Origin: Dehalococcoidia bacterium
GTDB taxonomy: Bacteria; Chloroflexota; Dehalococcoidia; Lucifugimonadales; UBA3495
Assembly: GCA_965207025.1 (NCBI GenBank)
Contig: OZ242258.1
Span: 858,841-922,840 of the forward strand
Reading direction: 5' to 3'
DNA length: 64,000 nt
Shown in pieces: positions 54,896-64,000 of this stretch. The notes beneath the pieces were generated by a model, which was given only the letters and a program-made list of their open reading frames with translations, had not been told where the DNA came from and did not search any database. Positions within the stretch are counted from its first letter, which is position 1. Each line of letters begins with the position of its first letter. A program made the position numbers and the translations under genes.

Positions 54896-56050
54896 ATGAA
54901 AATCGCCATGGTCTCGCCCTACGATTTTGCCTGGCCCGGCGGGGTTAACTCCCATGTCGTCCAGTTGTCTGCTGAGCTGCGCAACCGGGGCCACGAGGTT
55001 TTGGTAATCGCGCCCCATTCGCCGTCCAGGTCCCCTGCCGTCAATCCGCCCGCAGACCAGTTCATCCCCATGGGTCGGTCCGTGCCCCTCTCCGCCGGCG
55101 GTTCCACGGCTCGCGTCACCTTCGACTGGTGGCTGTATCCCCGGGTGCGCGCATTGATGGATCGCGGGCAGTTCGACGTCGTCCACCTGCATGAACCCCT
55201 TGCACCCCTGCTGCCCCTTATGGTTCTGCAACACTCCAGGGCGGTCAATGTTGGCACCTTTCATGCTTATTCCCACCGCCAGCGCCTTTACCGCATGTGC
55301 CGTCGAGCCGTCGGCAGATGGCAAAAGCGCCTCCACGGACGCATCGCCGTTTCCGCCGCTGCCCGCGCTTTCGTTTCGCCTCACTTCCCCGGTCACTCGT
55401 ACTGCGTAATCCCCAATGGGATCGATTTCGCGCGCTTCGCCCACGCCCAACCCCTCCCCGAACTGCGCGACGGTAGGCTCAATGTCCTTTTCGTTGGTCG
55501 CAAGGACGAGCGAAAGGGATTGAGGTATCTCCTGGAAGCTTTCTCCATCCTGCGTCAAACGCGAGAGAATGCGCGCCTCATCATCGTCGGCCCTGGTGAT
55601 CCTGACCGTGAGTGTGCGGCCCTGCTCAACGCCGTCAACTCCAACTATCCCGATTCCATTCGCGTAACCGGCTCCGTATCGTCCGAGGACCTGCCCAGAT
55701 ACTACGCCAGCGCCGACCTGTTCTGTAGCCCGGCCACCGGTGGTGAGAGCTTTGGCATCGTGCTGCTGGAAGCCATGGCCGCCGGCGTGCCCGTAGTGGC
55801 CTCCGACATCGACGGTTACCGCGATGTCGTATCCCACGAGGTGAACGGCCTGCTCGTCCCTCCGCGGGATGCTCCTGCCATCGTAAGCGCTTTGGACCGC
55901 GTCCTCAATGATCCACTATTGACCGACGAGCTGGTAAAATCCGGCCGCGCCGCCGCGTCCGAATTTCGTTGGGAACGGGTCGCGTCCCAAATCGAGGACT
56001 ATTACCACCAATGCATCGAGGAGGCTGAACGAAGTGGCGCTGCCAGGTAG
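54896..56050 (+). CDS. GT4 glycosyltransferase, PimA-like (phosphatidylinositol mannosyltransferase candidate)
   Basis: MKIAMVSPYDFAWPGGVNSHV...LRNRGHEV, and the C-terminal ESFGIVLLEAMAAG (E-x7-E region). Confidence 0.75.
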   Translation: MKIAMVSPYDFAWPGGVNSHVVQLSAELRNRGHEVLVIAPHSPSRSPAVNPPADQFIPMGRSVPLSAGGSTARVTFDWWLYPRVRALMDRGQFDVVHLHEPLAPLLPLMVLQHSRAVNVGTFHAYSHRQRLYRMCRRAVGRWQKRLHGRIAVSAAARAFVSPHFPGHSYCVIPNGIDFARFAHAQPLPELRDGRLNVLFVGRKDERKGLRYLLEAFSILRQTRENARLIIVGPGDPDRECAALLNAVNSNYPDSIRVTGSVSSEDLPRYYASADLFCSPATGGESFGIVLLEAMAAGVPVVASDIDGYRDVVSHEVNGLLVPPRDAPAIVSALDRVLNDPLLTDELVKSGRAAASEFRWERVASQIEDYYHQCIEEAERSGAAR

Positions 56051-56681
56051 AGAGGAACTGCGCGGAGCCGTCCTGCGCTACGTCGAGATTCCCGGAGCCC
56101 GCGCATTCAATGCCGTTGGCTTGACGCCCAACAGCATCACGCTGATTGGATTCACGGTCTGCGCCGCGGCCGCGGCTGTTGTTGCCCTGGGATGGCCGCT
56201 ATACGCTGGCGTCGTCTTTCTGCTGGGTGGCATCCTGGACCTCTTCGACGGCGCGCTGGCCCGGCTCACGGGAAAGGCGTCGCCTTTCGGCGCCCTCCTG
56301 GATTCAGTGTTCGACCGTCTTGGAGAAGCCTCACTGTTTGTAGGTTTGGGCATTTACTATCTGCTGGCCGATCTGCCCTCCGCCCAACTCATCGTGAGCA
56401 TGTTGGCGGTGCTGTTGGGCCTGGTTTTCTCCCAGGGCGTTTCCTACCTGCGCGCCCGCGGCGAGGGCCTGGGCGCTTTTACCCGTTCCGGCATCATGAC
56501 CCGCACCGAGCGGGTGATAATCCTGGGCGCGGGCTTGATCGTGGAAGGATTCGCCCCGGTGCCCATCATGGTATGGGTACTGTGGGTCATCGCCGGCGTG
56601 TCGTGCTTCACCCTTTTCCAGCGCATGTTCACCATCCGGGGAATCCTGGAACAACAGGAGCGTGAGGATGTTTCCCGGTAA
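56034..56681 (+). CDS. CDP-alcohol phosphatidyltransferase (phosphatidylinositol-phosphate synthase candidate)
   Basis: The motif DLFDGALARLTGKASPFGALLDSVFDRLGE (D-G-x2-A-R-x8-G-x3-D-x3-D), multi-TM. It overlaps the previous gene by 17 nt. Confidence 0.8.
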   Translation: MALPGREELRGAVLRYVEIPGARAFNAVGLTPNSITLIGFTVCAAAAAVVALGWPLYAGVVFLLGGILDLFDGALARLTGKASPFGALLDSVFDRLGEASLFVGLGIYYLLADLPSAQLIVSMLAVLLGLVFSQGVSYLRARGEGLGAFTRSGIMTRTERVIILGAGLIVEGFAPVPIMVWVLWVIAGVSCFTLFQRMFTIRGILEQQEREDVSR

Positions 56682-56737
56682 AGGTGTACGCCGTGATAAT
56701 ATGGCGCACGGGTTATCAGATCTAGGAGGTTGCCAGA

Positions 56738-57640
56738 ATGGCGTCACATTCCATGGGACTTTCGCTGCACGACGCGGCGAGGCAGATGGGGGTTCCTTTC
56801 ACCGTCGAGAATGAACCCGAAGACAGGCAGGTCAAGGTCAATGGCCTCAATCTCCACTATCTGGAATGGGGCGACCCGGACCAACCTGCCATCGTCATGC
56901 TTCACGGCATCCAGCAGCAGGCCCATAGTTGGGATTTCATCAGCCTGCCCCTCTCCGTCAACTATCGCGTCATCGCCGTTGACCAGCGCGGCCACGGCGA
57001 TAGCGATTGGTCACCCGACGGCGACTACTCAACCGATGCCTACGTTGGCGATGTTCAGAACCTGGTTGCCGCGTTGGGCCTGAAGAATTTTCACCTGATG
57101 GGACATTCCATGGGCGGACGCAACAGCCTGGCCTGGGCATCGCAAAACCCCGGAGTCCTCAAGTCCTTGACCATCGTTGACACCGGCCCTGAAACCCAGC
57201 GCCGTGGTTCCGACCGGATCCAGCGGTTCCGCGAACTGCCCGATGAATTGGATACCCTGGAAGAGTTCGCCCAGCGGGTCATGGAATACACCGGCCGCTC
57301 CCGGGAGCAGACCCTGGGCGCTCTCAAGTACAGCATCCGCCAGCGTGATGACGGCAAATGGACCTGGAAGTACGACAAGGTCATCCGCGCGCGCGGTTTC
57401 CGTGCCCCCGCCTGGACACCGGAGCAACTGTGGGAAGGGTGGCGCAGGATAGATTGCCCGGTCCTGGTGGTGCGCGGCGCCCGCAGCGACATCTTCGCCG
57501 ACGAAACCATGCAACGCATGGCGTCAGAGCACCATGACTGCACCACCGTCACCGTCTCCAACGCCGGCCACCTCGTGCAAGGTGACAACCCGCCGGAGTT
57601 TCTGGTGGCGGTGAAAGGACTGCTGGGACGGTTCGAGTAG
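56738..57640 (+). CDS. alpha/beta hydrolase
   Basis: The nucleophile elbow HLMGHSMGG, the HG oxyanion motif (VMLHG), and a C-terminal GH. Confidence 0.85.
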   Translation: MASHSMGLSLHDAARQMGVPFTVENEPEDRQVKVNGLNLHYLEWGDPDQPAIVMLHGIQQQAHSWDFISLPLSVNYRVIAVDQRGHGDSDWSPDGDYSTDAYVGDVQNLVAALGLKNFHLMGHSMGGRNSLAWASQNPGVLKSLTIVDTGPETQRRGSDRIQRFRELPDELDTLEEFAQRVMEYTGRSREQTLGALKYSIRQRDDGKWTWKYDKVIRARGFRAPAWTPEQLWEGWRRIDCPVLVVRGARSDIFADETMQRMASEHHDCTTVTVSNAGHLVQGDNPPEFLVAVKGLLGRFE

Positions 57641-57654
57641 TTTTTGGGTACATG

Positions 57655-57680
57655 TAGGGGCGAGGCATACTTCGCCCCTA
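57655..57680. repeat. palindromic element TAGGGGCGA-N8-TCGCCCCTA (copy 3)
   Basis: Arms at 57655-57663 and 57672-57680, located between convergent genes. Confidence 0.8.
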
Positions 57681-57696
57681 TTTGGTTACGGGCAGT

Positions 57697-58947
57697 TCAG
57701 AACCCCAGCAATCGAGGCAGCGCCTCGCCCAGCGCGTAACCCAACGCCGCCGACACCGCGCCGATGCCCAGGATTTCCAGCCCCTGCAAAATTGGTGACT
57801 TCTGCACCAACCGTCCTTTTACCAGGCCCAGACCGAACAGGCCTGCCAGTGAAAGCCCGATGGACCACCCAATCGCCGCCCAACCCACGTTGAGGAAAAG
57901 GAACGGTATGATTGGGATTATCGCCGCCCCTCCGAACGAGACGCACATCACAGCCGCGTCTTTCAGCGGGTTTCCGCCCAGGTCCGGGCTGATGCCCAAC
58001 TTCTTTTCCAACAACGTGTTGAGCCACAGTGTCTCGTTGTCTGCGATCTGATTGGCGAGCCGCACTGCCTCGTCGTAGGTGTTGCCTTCCCGCTGGAACA
58101 GAATGACCAACTCGGCCAGTTCCTCTTCCGGTTTCTCGGCCAGGTCCTGGATCTGACGGGCAATCGCCGCCTCCCTAACGTCCTCTTCGGCCCGGGATCC
58201 CAGGTACGCTCCCGCCGCCATACTGATCATTCCGGCAGCCGCAGCAGCCAGCCCTGCCACCAGGACCGTCCCGGTGGTTCCCACCGCGATGGCTATGGAC
58301 GTGGTCAGCGCCAGGGTGCTTATGATCCCGTCCTGCGCCCCGAACACCACTTCCCGCAGCCGGCCCAGGTTGGCTACCCGGAACGGTTCTTTGTCCAGCG
58401 CCAGCGCCGCGTCAATGTAGTTCTCCAGATCCAGCGGCAGCACCGGCTGTTCTCCCCCGGACGGAATAGGCCCGGCTTCCACGGGCGCATACGACACCAC
58501 CGGAGTCTCCGCCAGGGCCGCTGCTCCGTCGTCATTCTGGATGTGGAGCCATGACAATGCGTCGGAAAACGCTATCTGGTGCTCCTTTTCCTGTTCCATC
58601 GCGTCGGTGAACGCGACCACGGCCGCGGTGTGGTTGTCTGCCACCGCTTCGTTGATCATGCGCGGGTACGTGCGCGTGTACTCCCGGGTCTCCCCTTCAA
58701 TCACCTTGCTCAGGTTGGCGGCGGTGTTGTCCACGGCCCCTGCCACCTTCAGGTAACTCAGTCCGTGCAGCGTTTCGGCTTTGGCGATTTCCTCGAACAC
58801 CTCGGCGATTTCCGGGTATCCTTCCTCACGCGCTTGCTCCGCGTATGCCGTGTAGGTGAGGTTGGCTATGGCTTCGGCTACGATTGCCTGCCACAGGTTT
58901 CGGTCGGTGGCCGTTATATCCACCGCTCCACTTCTTGAACGAGCCAT
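57697..58947 (-). CDS. ferritin/rubrerythrin-like domain fused to a VIT1/CCC1 iron transporter
   Basis: N-terminal EAIANLTYTAYAEQAREEGY...EEIAKAETLHG (diiron-type E...ExxH). The C-terminal VFGAQDGIISTLAL and TM bundle are typical of VIT1. ATG at 58947 with GAGAGGA upstream. Confidence 0.8.
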   Translation of the reverse strand: MARSRSGAVDITATDRNLWQAIVAEAIANLTYTAYAEQAREEGYPEIAEVFEEIAKAETLHGLSYLKVAGAVDNTAANLSKVIEGETREYTRTYPRMINEAVADNHTAAVVAFTDAMEQEKEHQIAFSDALSWLHIQNDDGAAALAETPVVSYAPVEAGPIPSGGEQPVLPLDLENYIDAALALDKEPFRVANLGRLREVVFGAQDGIISTLALTTSIAIAVGTTGTVLVAGLAAAAAGMISMAAGAYLGSRAEEDVREAAIARQIQDLAEKPEEELAELVILFQREGNTYDEAVRLANQIADNETLWLNTLLEKKLGISPDLGGNPLKDAAVMCVSFGGAAIIPIIPFLFLNVGWAAIGWSIGLSLAGLFGLGLVKGRLVQKSPILQGLEILGIGAVSAALGYALGEALPRLLGF

Positions 58948-58954
58948 GATCCTC

Positions 58955-59350
58955 TCAGAGTCGCGGCGATGCGTGGTGGGCAATTACCAGCCACCCGTCG
59001 CCGTCGCGCACGAATATATTGGTCGCCAGCACCCCGAACCCCTGCGCCTGTCCCTCTACCACGCTCGTGATGCTTTCTACGCAGGTAACGAATCCGCAGT
59101 TGCCTTCTATGGCAATGTTGACATAATGAATATTGAAGTGCATCAACGCCGCGCCGTTGAATATCCCCTGCCAGGAACGGCGAATGTCGGCCCAACCGAC
59201 GATGGGCTGCCACCCCGGATGGACGCACAGCGCCCGGTCCGATTGTTCCCAAACGCCATCCATCTGATCCATGTCCAGCGACCCGAAGGCATCGTAGAAT
59301 CGCTGGTTGGCATCGCGCAGCGACAGTATGTTCGCGTTTTCAGACAACAT
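58955..59350 (-). CDS. nuclear transport factor 2 (SnoaL-like/DUF4440) family protein
   Basis: 131 aa with ANQRFYDAFGSLDMDQMDGVWEQSD...CVHPGW...W, the pattern of the family. Confidence 0.7.
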   Translation of the reverse strand: MLSENANILSLRDANQRFYDAFGSLDMDQMDGVWEQSDRALCVHPGWQPIVGWADIRRSWQGIFNGAALMHFNIHYVNIAIEGNCGFVTCVESITSVVEGQAQGFGVLATNIFVRDGDGWLVIAHHASPRL

Positions 59351-59375
59351 AGCGAAATTGTTCCATATCCTTGCC

Positions 59376-59406
59376 CGTCATTCCGGTGAAAGCCGGAATC
59401 CAGAAG
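59376..59406. repeat. palindromic element CGTCATTCCGGTGAAAGCCGGAATCCAGAA (copy 2)
   Basis: Matches 28576-28606. Confidence 0.85.
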
Positions 59407-59421
59407 GGAATTTGACCTGTC

Positions 59422-60267
59422 TCAAGCAAGCAACCGACGCGCGTAGTCGTCCAGCTGCCGGAGGGCGTCGTCTCTCGGCGCGCTCTCCGCGAATACCATG
59501 GCCCGCGTGGCTCCCGCGTCCTCGTATGCTTTCAGAATCTCGGGGTCGGCCGGCTGACCGAATACGGATACCTCAATCGTGTGTGGGTCTCGTCCCGCCT
59601 CTTGCGCCAGCCGTACTATCTCCTCCCTCCCCGTGTTCAGCTGCTCTGGCGTGATGCGATTGGGCATCCACCCGTCGCCCCAGCTCACTACCCGGCGCGC
59701 CACGCTCGGAGCGTTCCCGCCGATCAGCACTGGCGGATGCGGCTTCTGCGCCGGTTTCGGTGACGAGTAAATCGGCGGAAAATCGATATGCTTCCCGTGA
59801 AACTCGCCCGTCTCCTTCGTCCACAACTCTTTCATCGCCAGTATCGACTCGCGGGTGTACCCGATCCGTTGCCCGAACTCGATGCCGAACAACTCGGTTT
59901 CTTCCCGCAGCCAGCCGGTGCCGATGCCGAACAGGAACCGCCCGCCGCTGAAGTAGTCCAGCGTGGCGATCTCCTTGGCCAGCAGAATCGGATTCCGCTC
60001 CGGCACCAGGCATATCCCAGTTCCGAGTTTCAGGGTGGAAGTCACCGCCGATGCCCGGCCCAGCGCTACGAATGGGTCAACACACTCGTAGTACATCTGC
60101 GGAATCACGCCGTCGGGCGATCCGGGCCAGGGCGTTTTGGGACCGGCGGGTATGGCCGGATGCTCGGGAACCCAGAGCGATTCAAAGCCGTGACCCTCGC
60201 AGGCTTGCGCCAGCTCCGCAACGTCTATCGAAGACTGGGTCACGAACATTGCAATGCCGATGTTCAT
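59422..60267 (-). CDS. luciferase-like (LLM class) flavin/F420-dependent oxidoreductase
   Basis: MNIGIAMFV...GFESLWVPEHPAIP...LGTGICLV...GGRFLFGIG is typical of LLM-class enzymes. The cofactor is not determinable by eye. Confidence 0.75.
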   Translation of the reverse strand: MNIGIAMFVTQSSIDVAELAQACEGHGFESLWVPEHPAIPAGPKTPWPGSPDGVIPQMYYECVDPFVALGRASAVTSTLKLGTGICLVPERNPILLAKEIATLDYFSGGRFLFGIGTGWLREETELFGIEFGQRIGYTRESILAMKELWTKETGEFHGKHIDFPPIYSSPKPAQKPHPPVLIGGNAPSVARRVVSWGDGWMPNRITPEQLNTGREEIVRLAQEAGRDPHTIEVSVFGQPADPEILKAYEDAGATRAMVFAESAPRDDALRQLDDYARRLLA

Positions 60268-60325
60268 AGTGCTTGGCCTCAATTGTCGAGAATGAACGGT
60301 AGTGATTCACTGCGTCAATTATAAC

Positions 60326-60353
60326 GTAGGGGCGAATAAACATTCGCCCCCGT
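60326..60353. repeat. palindromic element GTAGGGGCGAAT-N4-ATTCGCCCC (copy 4)
   Basis: Arms at 60329-60337 and 60342-60350. Confidence 0.8.
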
Positions 60354-60377
60354 AATTATCGCCGTGTCATCACGACT

Positions 60378-60995
60378 TTAGGCATGTGGCGAGAAGCTGG
60401 CCGGCACCAGCACCTTGGTTGATTGGTTCACCAGGAACTCCCGGGTCGGCGGCGGCCAGTGCGGCGTCGCCGATGCCTCGGAGCGAATCCGGTCCCGTTC
60501 GGCCAGGTCTTTGTATGGCCATACATGGACCCACTTGTTCAACCCGCCGATGTCGCTGTACATCCCGGCGGCGAGCGGCGAGAACTTCTCCCGATGCTCA
60601 ATGGCCGCGCCCCAGATGTCCAGCACCTTCGGGATAGAACCGTTCTGGTATTCGTAAATCCGCATCTCGTAAACGTTGCCCTGCTTTTGGCCGCCTCCCA
60701 TGGGCCGCATGAACGGCGCCGGATGAAAGATCTCCGATTCCATATGCAGAATGGTGCCTTGGCTGTCCGGCGGCCAATTCGGGTCCTTTGCCGAGGCGGC
60801 CCGAACCTCGGCGCGCTCGTCCAGGCTCTCATAGGGCCAGATATGGATCACCTGGTTCAGCGGGCCTATCTCCGTATGGAAAAAAGCCGCCAGCTTCGAA
60901 TACTTCTCTCGATGCGGGAGCGCCTTCTCGAAAGCCTCTTCAAAAATAGGCACGCCGCCGGGCTTGAGGTCATAAGTCCGGACTTCGTAAATCAT
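60378..60995 (-). CDS. NIPSNAP family protein (two domains)
   Basis: MIYEVRTYDLKPG...HIWPYESLDERAEVR, repeated as YEMRIYEYQNG...HVWPYKDLAERDRIR. AGGAGG precedes the ATG at 60995. Confidence 0.85.
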   Translation of the reverse strand: MIYEVRTYDLKPGGVPIFEEAFEKALPHREKYSKLAAFFHTEIGPLNQVIHIWPYESLDERAEVRAASAKDPNWPPDSQGTILHMESEIFHPAPFMRPMGGGQKQGNVYEMRIYEYQNGSIPKVLDIWGAAIEHREKFSPLAAGMYSDIGGLNKWVHVWPYKDLAERDRIRSEASATPHWPPPTREFLVNQSTKVLVPASFSPHA

Positions 60996-61520
60996 CAACC
61001 TACCTCCTGGATTTCCGTGATGTCGCCGACTGAACCGCTCATCGCTGGCGCGCCGCGACGCCGGCAGTCTAGCAAATGCCTCATTGACCGGCAACTGCGC
61101 TGCGCTCTTATCCTCTTACGTTCCCGCTTTGCGCAATCTGCCATTTTCGCGAGGCCAAAGAAAATGATGACAGCGCGCCGTTGCAGCCCCATTGCAAAAC
61201 CCCGTATCCTTGATTCATCTAGATAAAACACGTGTTTGCAACCCAAAATCAGAGAGGCAGGATTCCAGCATCGACGGCCAACCCCGTCAGTGTCAGTAAA
61301 AATCGCATACCCAGGGTTACAGGACTGCCGATGTCCGCCGTTGCTTCACGGATATGGCCGTTACAACCCCAGCGTCAGCCACAGCGCGCCGTGCTGCGTC
61401 ATCGATCCTGATGGACGGTTGACGTGGGCCACGGGAAATACCGGGCAAACTACCATGCGTACCCAATCCGGCCGTATGCTGACAACGATGCTAGGGAATC
61501 CTGCCTCTCGCCAACCCACC

Positions 61521-61799
61521 GCTCATGGTGAGCCTGTCGAACCATCATCCTGAGCCCGTCGCAGGACAAAGGAGAAAGCCCACCGAAACACTACCAACGA
61601 CGTACCTGAACTCCCTCTCCCCTTGTGGGAGAGGGCTGGGGTGAGGGGTATAGCCCCTATTTCCCGCAAAGGGAGAGGGTTGGAGCCTGCCCCGCACTTG
61701 ATGCGGGGGTGAGGGGTATAACCCCGGCATTGTCGCTTGGCCAACACATTCTTCGGAACGCCGCCCAATGGCGGGGCCTGCGAAAGCCGGCCCCGCCAT
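61521..61799. repeat. cluster of at least four different short palindromic/REP-like elements
   Basis: 61521-61544 equals 28650-28673. 61611-61648 approximately equals 27704-27743. There is a hairpin CCCCGC/GCGGGG at 61690-61708 and an 11-bp stem ATGGCGGGGCC/GGCCCCGCCAT at 61768-61799. Confidence 0.8.
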
Positions 61800-61913
61800 G
61801 TAGGCGTGAACAATCATTGGCCACGTTGGCGTCACCAGATTGACGCTGTACGCTGCGCCGGGTATCGTTGGCGGCAGTTTGAACACCCATGAGTGTGCTG
61901 CCCGGAGGCTCCT

Positions 61914-63677
61914 ATGACTGCCCAGCGACGCCAATATCAGGTTATCCGCGAACCCGACGTAATGGTGCCCATGCGGGACGGGACGCGCCTCGCCACCGAC
62001 GTTGTTCGACCGGATGCTCCCGGCCGGTTCCCCGTGCTCATCAACCGGGGCCCCTATAGCAAGGATAGCTACCTCGATAACCCGGATCATTCCATCTGGT
62101 TTTTGCCCCGCAACGGCTATGTCCTGTTGAGTCAGGATGTGCGCGGGCGGTTCAATTCTGAAGGGGATTACAATCCTCTTTTCCAGGAAGCCCTGGACGG
62201 ATACGACACGGTGGAATGGGCCGCCCGGCAACCCTGGTCCACCGGACAGGTGGCGACAACCGGCCAGAGCTATCTTGGCGCCACCCAGTACACCCTCGCC
62301 GGCAAACGGCCTCTGCCGCCGCATCTGCGGACTATGGCGACGGTGTCGGCGTCTTCGGATTTCCACCAGTCCTGGGTTTACCACACCGGCGGAGCCATGG
62401 AGTGGGGATGGACCGTACCCTACGCCATCTTAAAGGGTCGCAACACACTGGCCCGAGGCGGCCACGAAGCCCTGCTTGCCAAGATGGATGACTATGTGAT
62501 CGAACCGGGCAATTTCGGACAACCACTCTCCGACGAGTGGTACCGCCACCTGCCGTTGCGGGATTGGATCGACCGCCTGCAGGAAGCTGCCCCCTACTTC
62601 CACGAATACTTCGATCAGGAACTGGACGGCCCGTACTGGTGGGACGTGAACCTGATGCGCCACGCCAGCAACGTTACCATCCCCATGTTCCACGTCAGCT
62701 CCTGGTACGACATCTTCCTGGAAGGCGCCCTGAACGCCTTCCAGAGCATCCAAAAGTATGGCGGCAGCGAGTTGGCTCGTAGCAACCAGAAGCTGCTCAT
62801 TGGCCCGTGGGCCCACCTGCGCCCGTTCACCGAGCCGACCACCGGGGGAGCCGGCAATATCGATTTCGGACCCGAGGCGGCTATTGAACTTCACGACTTC
62901 TTGCTGCGCTGGTACGACTACTGGCTCAAGGGTGAGGAGACCGGCATCATGGACGATCCTCCGGTCCGCCTTTTCGTGATGGGGGAAAATCGTTGGCGGG
63001 ACGAGCAGGAATGGCCGTTGGCCCGCACTCAGTACACCCGTTGGTACTTACACTCCGGTGGCAACGCCAACACCCGCAGCGGCGACGGCGCTTTGTCCAC
63101 CATCCCACCGGACGCCGGCGAACCCGCCGACCAGTACACCTACGACCCGTCGGACCCTGTCCCCACCTTGGGCGGCAACACCCTCATCATCGAATACGGT
63201 GTCTTCGACCAGAGCCCTGTCGAAGATCGTCCCGACGTTCTATCCTTCACCTCCGAACCTCTCGATTCCGATCTGGAAATCACCGGCAATATCTCGGTGG
63301 CGCTGTACGCTGCAACCACCGCTACGGATACCGACTTCACCGCCAAGCTGGTGGATGTGCGCCCCGATGGTTTCGCCCATAACCTACAGGATGGTATCGT
63401 CCGTGCCCGTTACCGAACCTCAGTGCGCCAACCGTCTTTCGTTCGGCCCGGCGAGGTTCACTGCTACGAGATCGACTTGTGGGCCACCAGCCATGTCATC
63501 AAGGCCGGCCACCGGATTCGCGTGGACATTTCCAGCAGCAACTTCCCACGGTTCGACCGCAACCCCAACACGGGAGCCCCTCTGGGCGCCGACACCCGTC
63601 TGGATACTGCCCGGCAGACGGTACACCATTCGGCCCAGTACCCATCCCACATCACCTTGCCGGTCATCCCCCGGTAA
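61914..63677 (+). CDS. CocE/NonD family hydrolase (S15 X-Pro dipeptidyl-peptidase-like)
   Basis: VPMRDGTRLATDVVRPD...PVLINRGPY, GQSYLG (nucleophile), and the C-terminal FPRFDRNPNTG block. SD GGAGG is upstream. Confidence 0.88.
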   Translation: MTAQRRQYQVIREPDVMVPMRDGTRLATDVVRPDAPGRFPVLINRGPYSKDSYLDNPDHSIWFLPRNGYVLLSQDVRGRFNSEGDYNPLFQEALDGYDTVEWAARQPWSTGQVATTGQSYLGATQYTLAGKRPLPPHLRTMATVSASSDFHQSWVYHTGGAMEWGWTVPYAILKGRNTLARGGHEALLAKMDDYVIEPGNFGQPLSDEWYRHLPLRDWIDRLQEAAPYFHEYFDQELDGPYWWDVNLMRHASNVTIPMFHVSSWYDIFLEGALNAFQSIQKYGGSELARSNQKLLIGPWAHLRPFTEPTTGGAGNIDFGPEAAIELHDFLLRWYDYWLKGEETGIMDDPPVRLFVMGENRWRDEQEWPLARTQYTRWYLHSGGNANTRSGDGALSTIPPDAGEPADQYTYDPSDPVPTLGGNTLIIEYGVFDQSPVEDRPDVLSFTSEPLDSDLEITGNISVALYAATTATDTDFTAKLVDVRPDGFAHNLQDGIVRARYRTSVRQPSFVRPGEVHCYEIDLWATSHVIKAGHRIRVDISSSNFPRFDRNPNTGAPLGADTRLDTARQTVHHSAQYPSHITLPVIPR

Positions 63678-63705
63678 ACCGGCTGTCCAGAGTGGAGACC
63701 ATACT

Positions 63706-64000
63706 ATGACGACTCAAATCGCAAAGCCGGCCGCTACAATTGCCGACGATCCGGCGGAGCATAGAGTTGCTGCTATCCTCGACCGGATGGAGGAAGGCCC
63801 TTGGGGGTTCCCCGTGGTGTTGGATATACGCCCACTGCTGGGCGGCAGGACGCTGGCGGAGATTGACGTAGATGTCCTGGAGGCATTTTCCCACGCCAAC
63901 GACTTGTACGCCATCGAGTACAACGAAACCGGGGAACTGTTTATAATGCCGCCGATGTTGATGCCAGGGGGCAATGACGAAGCCACCCTGATTGCCGCCG
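63706..64000 (+). CDS. partial (5' part) Uma2/DUF820-like putative endonuclease; runs off the window
   Basis: Hand translation gives MTTQIAKPAATIADDPAEHR...YAIEYNETGELFIMPPML.PGGNDEATLIAA, which resembles the E..GEL..MPP core of the Uma2 family. No stop occurs before the window end. Confidence 0.4.
   Translation, partial: MTTQIAKPAATIADDPAEHRVAAILDRMEEGPWGFPVVLDIRPLLGGRTLAEIDVDVLEAFSHANDLYAIEYNETGELFIMPPMLMPGGNDEATLIAA

Noticed and set aside
61230-61400. Possible CRISPR-like repeats (GTTTGCAACCCAAAAT... and CCGTTACAACCCCAGCG...).
   Set aside because: There are only two weakly similar short segments, with no regular repeat-spacer periodicity and no cas genes in the window.

Overview
High-G+C bacterial chromosomal window. 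The 16S sequence and gene content look Chloroflexota-like, but that is inference only. It is mostly core metabolism with compact, often overlapping operons. Content in order: a complete 16S rRNA (-); CPBP protease, cysC and trpA; a DAHP synthase preceded by a previously unlisted Tyr/Phe-rich leader ORF plus terminator; GNAT, cytidylate-kinase-like and rhomboid genes; a small-protein/PIN pair and a DUF2513-like pseudogene in a lower-G+C patch; an S1-protease-RCC1 lipoprotein; BKACE, an orphan molybdopterin hydroxylase subunit and a MoaD-like gene; a cobalamin riboswitch driving cbiE-like, cobN, an unknown gene, cbtB, cbtA and chlI/D; glyQS and birA; two SDRs, one degenerate; a lower-G+C two-gene ABC-ATPase + DUF4276 module whose DUF4276 gene is frameshifted; a his operon (hisZ-like, hisG, X, hisD, hisC, hisB) in which X is a Zn-phospholipase-C-like protein; NfeD/SPFH; meaB; RNase P RNA; tRNA-Gln; cupin plus two tandem P450s; dnaJ-prmA; a kinase-like/PP2C pair; an inositol / phosphatidylinositol cluster; ferritin-VIT1; F420-LLM; NIPSNAP; and a CocE/NonD hydrolase. 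Several families of short palindromic (REP-like) repeats fill the intergenic gaps. The best candidates for something new are the his-operon metallo-phosphoesterase (possibly the missing histidinol-phosphatase), the aromatic leader-peptide attenuator, the ATPase+DUF4276 islet, and the unknown protein inside the B12-riboswitch operon. No CRISPR array, transposase or integrase was seen. All family calls come from motif recognition by eye; no searches were run.
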